The position numbers and the translations under genes were made by a program. A DNA stretch of 64,000 nt from Rhizaria sp. SCN 62-66 (lineage: Eukaryota): NCBI GenBank assembly GCA_001724265.1, contig MEDY01000318.1:1-64000 (forward strand), given 5' to 3'. Positions 61,018 to 64,000 of the stretch are shown in pieces (the stretch's first letter is position 1; every line of letters begins with the position of its first letter). The notes under the pieces are model-generated. The model was not told the DNA's origin, did not search any database, and saw only the letters and a program-made list of their open reading frames with translations.

Positions 61018-62240
61018 ATGCCTGCTGTCAAATGCTGTTTCTGTCAATACTCATCGACCTATAACAGCTCGTCATGTCGCTTCTGCAACGGTCCCCCTAC
61101 CCTCGTCGATTTCTATCCTTTCCGCGCTTGTGCTGCCGCGTCTTTTGTGCTTCGTGCCACGTGTTTGATTGTAAGGCATTCGCTACCCCGCTCCGCAGCC
61201 AGGACCATTCACCGGGCGAGATGCATAGCCACGCCGCCAGCGCTATGTTCACGATGGCTAATGGCGAGCGCGCGCCCAGGGGTTACCTCGCGCAGTGTCC
61301 GCTGTGCTGCTCTACCGCGCCCGTGCTGCGTTCGACGGATCCGCAGCACTACAGCGCGCTCAACGACGGCAGCTACTTCGCCGACCACGACAGCGCGAGC
61401 TACTTTGCCGGCCACGACAGCGCGAGCGCGCGCGCTGACAATGGCGACGCGCAGCGCAACGCCAAGGCGGACAAGGCGCGCGAGAAGCGCTGGCCGCGTG
61501 CACGCGCGCAGATTAACGAGTAAACGCTTGGTGGCGACTATATGTGCGCGGCCAGCACGGTGATCCGCTTCCCAGTGACATCGGCGACGTCGCACCGCGG
61601 CGACTCAGATAACAGCGCTGCGGACGAGACCTTGCGCACAGTTACGGCTGAAAAGGCCGCCGCTGCGGTGGCAATATTAGGTCAGCTGTGCAAGCGCAAG
61701 CTGACACATTTCAGTCCTCAGTGCGCGTACTTAGACGCAGTAGACATCGTACCGTGTTCGTTTGTGTCAACCGAGGCTGGGTTTATGATGAGGATGCTGG
61801 GTTCTGCGAATATTACCCAAGAAGCCGGAATTGATACATATATCTCGTCTCGAGCGGCGGTGTTGAGTGGGAAATTTGGTAATAAGATTACCAAGTTTGA
61901 CCTTATGATGCGCCAAGGTTTTGAGTCACCAGACGCACTGACGGAAGGTGACGTTGTGGCCACAGATGCGAAGGCTGCAGGACGCACAAACAAGATGAGT
62001 TTCAAGACGCTGGCCAACGATCCATATCGCGACCATGAAGCCTCAAATCGCATATTGGCAACGATTTTGGTTGCAGCTAAAGCCGCTAAGACCGCAACAA
62101 TCAAAAACAAGGACTTGTCAATCATGCATGCGAAATCTGCCAGTACTGCCTCGCTCAATGTTGAGCAGAACAAAATTGACAAGAATCTAGCTGCACAATG
62201 GGCCTGCCGCACGATGCGCATGCCAGGTCTCAAAAGCTGA
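61018..62240 (+). pseudogene. Probable degenerate gene with a Cys-rich (Zn-finger-like) N-terminus
   Basis: Cys clusters are split across two frames (CCFC..CRFC, then CCRVFCASC..CPLCC). An in-frame TAA at 61521-61523 separates ORFs 61074-61523 and 61542-62240. Contains a short tandem duplication SYFADHDSA/SYFAGHDSA. Confidence 0.4.
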
Positions 62241-62785
62241 ATGACCTGCTTCACTTCAAAATCGTATGCAACAAGGTCAACCGCCACATGAGTGTCGATC
62301 CAGAATTAAACTCAATCAGATAAATTGTGATGTACATGTATTAAAGCAACAAAATACAAGCTGTGAATGTCGCTCTCGTCAATTAACTGCAAAACGTATG
62401 ATGGTGGTGGTCGTAAGTTTGTTCACGCATTTGTCTGGGTGAATCTGATTAATTTGTAGTGCTCTGATCAGCGGAGTCACGCCACTGCGGCATACATTAC
62501 GAGACAAACATAGACGTTTGTGCATGCTTAGTCAAAGATAAATCCTTTCGGGTGATTCGAGACCTAAGTGGCTGAAAGATAGCCCTAAGACCATGTCGGT
62601 GTTGCCAAATTGCAACAACAATACCATATTAGCATCAAAGAAGGCCATTAAGAAAACAAAGACAAAAACGTATGATAAAGCTTAATGTGAAAAAGTAAAA
62701 GAACACCAATAATAAAAGCATAATAATGTGAGGTGAAATGTTAAATGGTTCGAACAGACACAGCTGCACTGTCATGTTATGCAAG

Positions 62786-64000
62786 TTAGATAACATCAGA
62801 AATTGTGTCAAGCTGCTTGATGAGCTGCTTGAGAGTCGTATTATAATCTTCCCAGTTCTCCTCGATAACCTCCATGATCGGGCCGAATTTGCATAGTGTC
62901 TGCACTGGCTCCACAATGAAGTCCAGCAGCCACAGCTTCTGAAACTGGTTGAGCCCCGTAGCGCTCTTCTTCGGCAGCCAGGCAGACAGCGTCGGCGCCA
63001 GCATCGCCACCAACTTGCCGATCTCGCCCAGCGCTTCGACGTGCGTCACCAACGGCGCCAGCGCCGCAAGCGCCTGCAGCAGCCCCGCGCGCACGGCGAC
63101 ACCGCGCAGCTCCCACCCGGGCGCCATGAAGTCATTGGTGTCGCATTCGAACAGAATCTTGATGATGTACACTGTCCACGGCAGCGGGGTCGTCTTGTCA
63201 TTTGCACCGACGGCCTGCAGAAGCGCAAAGAGCGAACCAAGATGCGACTTGGACAAGTCAACACGTGCCTGCTCGCGCGTCGCCGGTATGGGGAACTTGT
63301 TGACGTCGCGCGGCGCGAAGACATCCTTCCACGCGGCGCCGGTGCGGTTCTGCTCCCACAATGTGCCGCGCAAGCAGCTGGAGATAATCGGGGAGTTGGC
63401 CAGATACGTCATATCTTCCAGCACAAGGCGTGCGCAGCGGTGGCCCGCGTCCCACAGCGTCGGTGACAACAGGTGGAGATAGGCGTTAGCGGCACCGCGG
63501 CGCACAAGAGGGTAGAGCAGCTCAAACGGCGGTGAACCACTGGTCTCATTGGGCGCTGCAAGTCGAGATAGCAGGTCAGACCACGTCCTGAAAGTCCTAG
63601 ACTCGAAAAAGAGTGAAGGCATGTATCGCACCAGGGGAAGCATGGAGAAGATGTTGGCTGCAAGTGCGTCACACATTAGCCAGACGATAGGCAGCCGCGG
63701 CATGTCAGCGTCGGCTTCAAGCTCATAAGTCTCGTCAGACTTCTTATCCTTCTTGTACGCCGCCACAGCCGCAACAAAAGAGCGAAGGTTTTTCTCTTCT
63801 GTTAGTGCAACAGCTGCAATTTGCGCAGCGACTTCGGGAACGACCGATTCGCGCACCGCCGCAATCGCGCGGTCCGCGGCGCTTTGCCAGGCGGCGGCCG
63901 CAACGCCGCCGTTCCGGTCCCAGAGCGCTGTGTCGAACTCCGTGGCCTTGAGAGATCCGTCCTCACGGGGGTCCTCGCACGGCAGCGTAAGGCCGAGATC
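62786..64000 (-). CDS. Hypothetical protein, 5' end outside the window
   Basis: The frame of ORF 62786-63856 stays open to the window edge (DLGLTLPCEDPREDG...AIAAVRES). Coding-like composition, no recognised motif. Stop TAA. Confidence 0.65.
   Translation of the reverse strand, partial: DLGLTLPCEDPREDGSLKATEFDTALWDRNGGVAAAAWQSAADRAIAAVRESVVPEVAAQIAAVALTEEKNLRSFVAAVAAYKKDKKSDETYELEADADMPRLPIVWLMCDALAANIFSMLPLVRYMPSLFFESRTFRTWSDLLSRLAAPNETSGSPPFELLYPLVRRGAANAYLHLLSPTLWDAGHRCARLVLEDMTYLANSPIISSCLRGTLWEQNRTGAAWKDVFAPRDVNKFPIPATREQARVDLSKSHLGSLFALLQAVGANDKTTPLPWTVYIIKILFECDTNDFMAPGWELRGVAVRAGLLQALAALAPLVTHVEALGEIGKLVAMLAPTLSAWLPKKSATGLNQFQKLWLLDFIVEPVQTLCKFGPIMEVIEENWEDYNTTLKQLIKQLDTISDVI

Noticed and set aside
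1-64000. Hundreds of overlapping or antisense ORFs in the six-frame track
   Set aside because: They are shadows of GC-rich, Ala/Pro-rich coding sequence and have no independent motifs.

Overview
Gene-dense, intron-containing nuclear DNA from a eukaryote, most likely a protist: GC-rich exons, AT-rich GT-AG introns of about 100-280 nt, and several head-to-head gene pairs. I reconstructed about 17 genes by hand: RPL11 (partial), TAF6, a Canopy-like KDEL protein, a ZIP zinc transporter, TRM7/FTSJ1, SART1/Snu66, a histidine acid phosphatase, a divergent SPFH protein, an L-type lectin-cornichon fusion, a secreted RGPMGRL-repeat protein, SEC24, kynureninase, a ~3300-aa Sfi1-like/coiled-coil protein, a ~2630-aa repeat/EGF surface protein, a DGAT2-family acyltransferase, a degenerate Cys-rich gene and a partial unknown gene. 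The main finding is evidence for a non-standard nuclear genetic code. Four in-frame TAG codons interrupt two very long reading frames that continue in frame with coherent sequence, while none of the 16 gene ends seen uses TAG (7 TAA, 9 TGA). Local heptad and repeat context suggests UAG = Leu. Other notable points are the lectin-cornichon fusion, a donor consensus with C at +4 (GTACGY) and strong phase-0 bias, and an NPF-rich SEC24 N-terminus. Exon coordinates were read by eye and no database searches were run.
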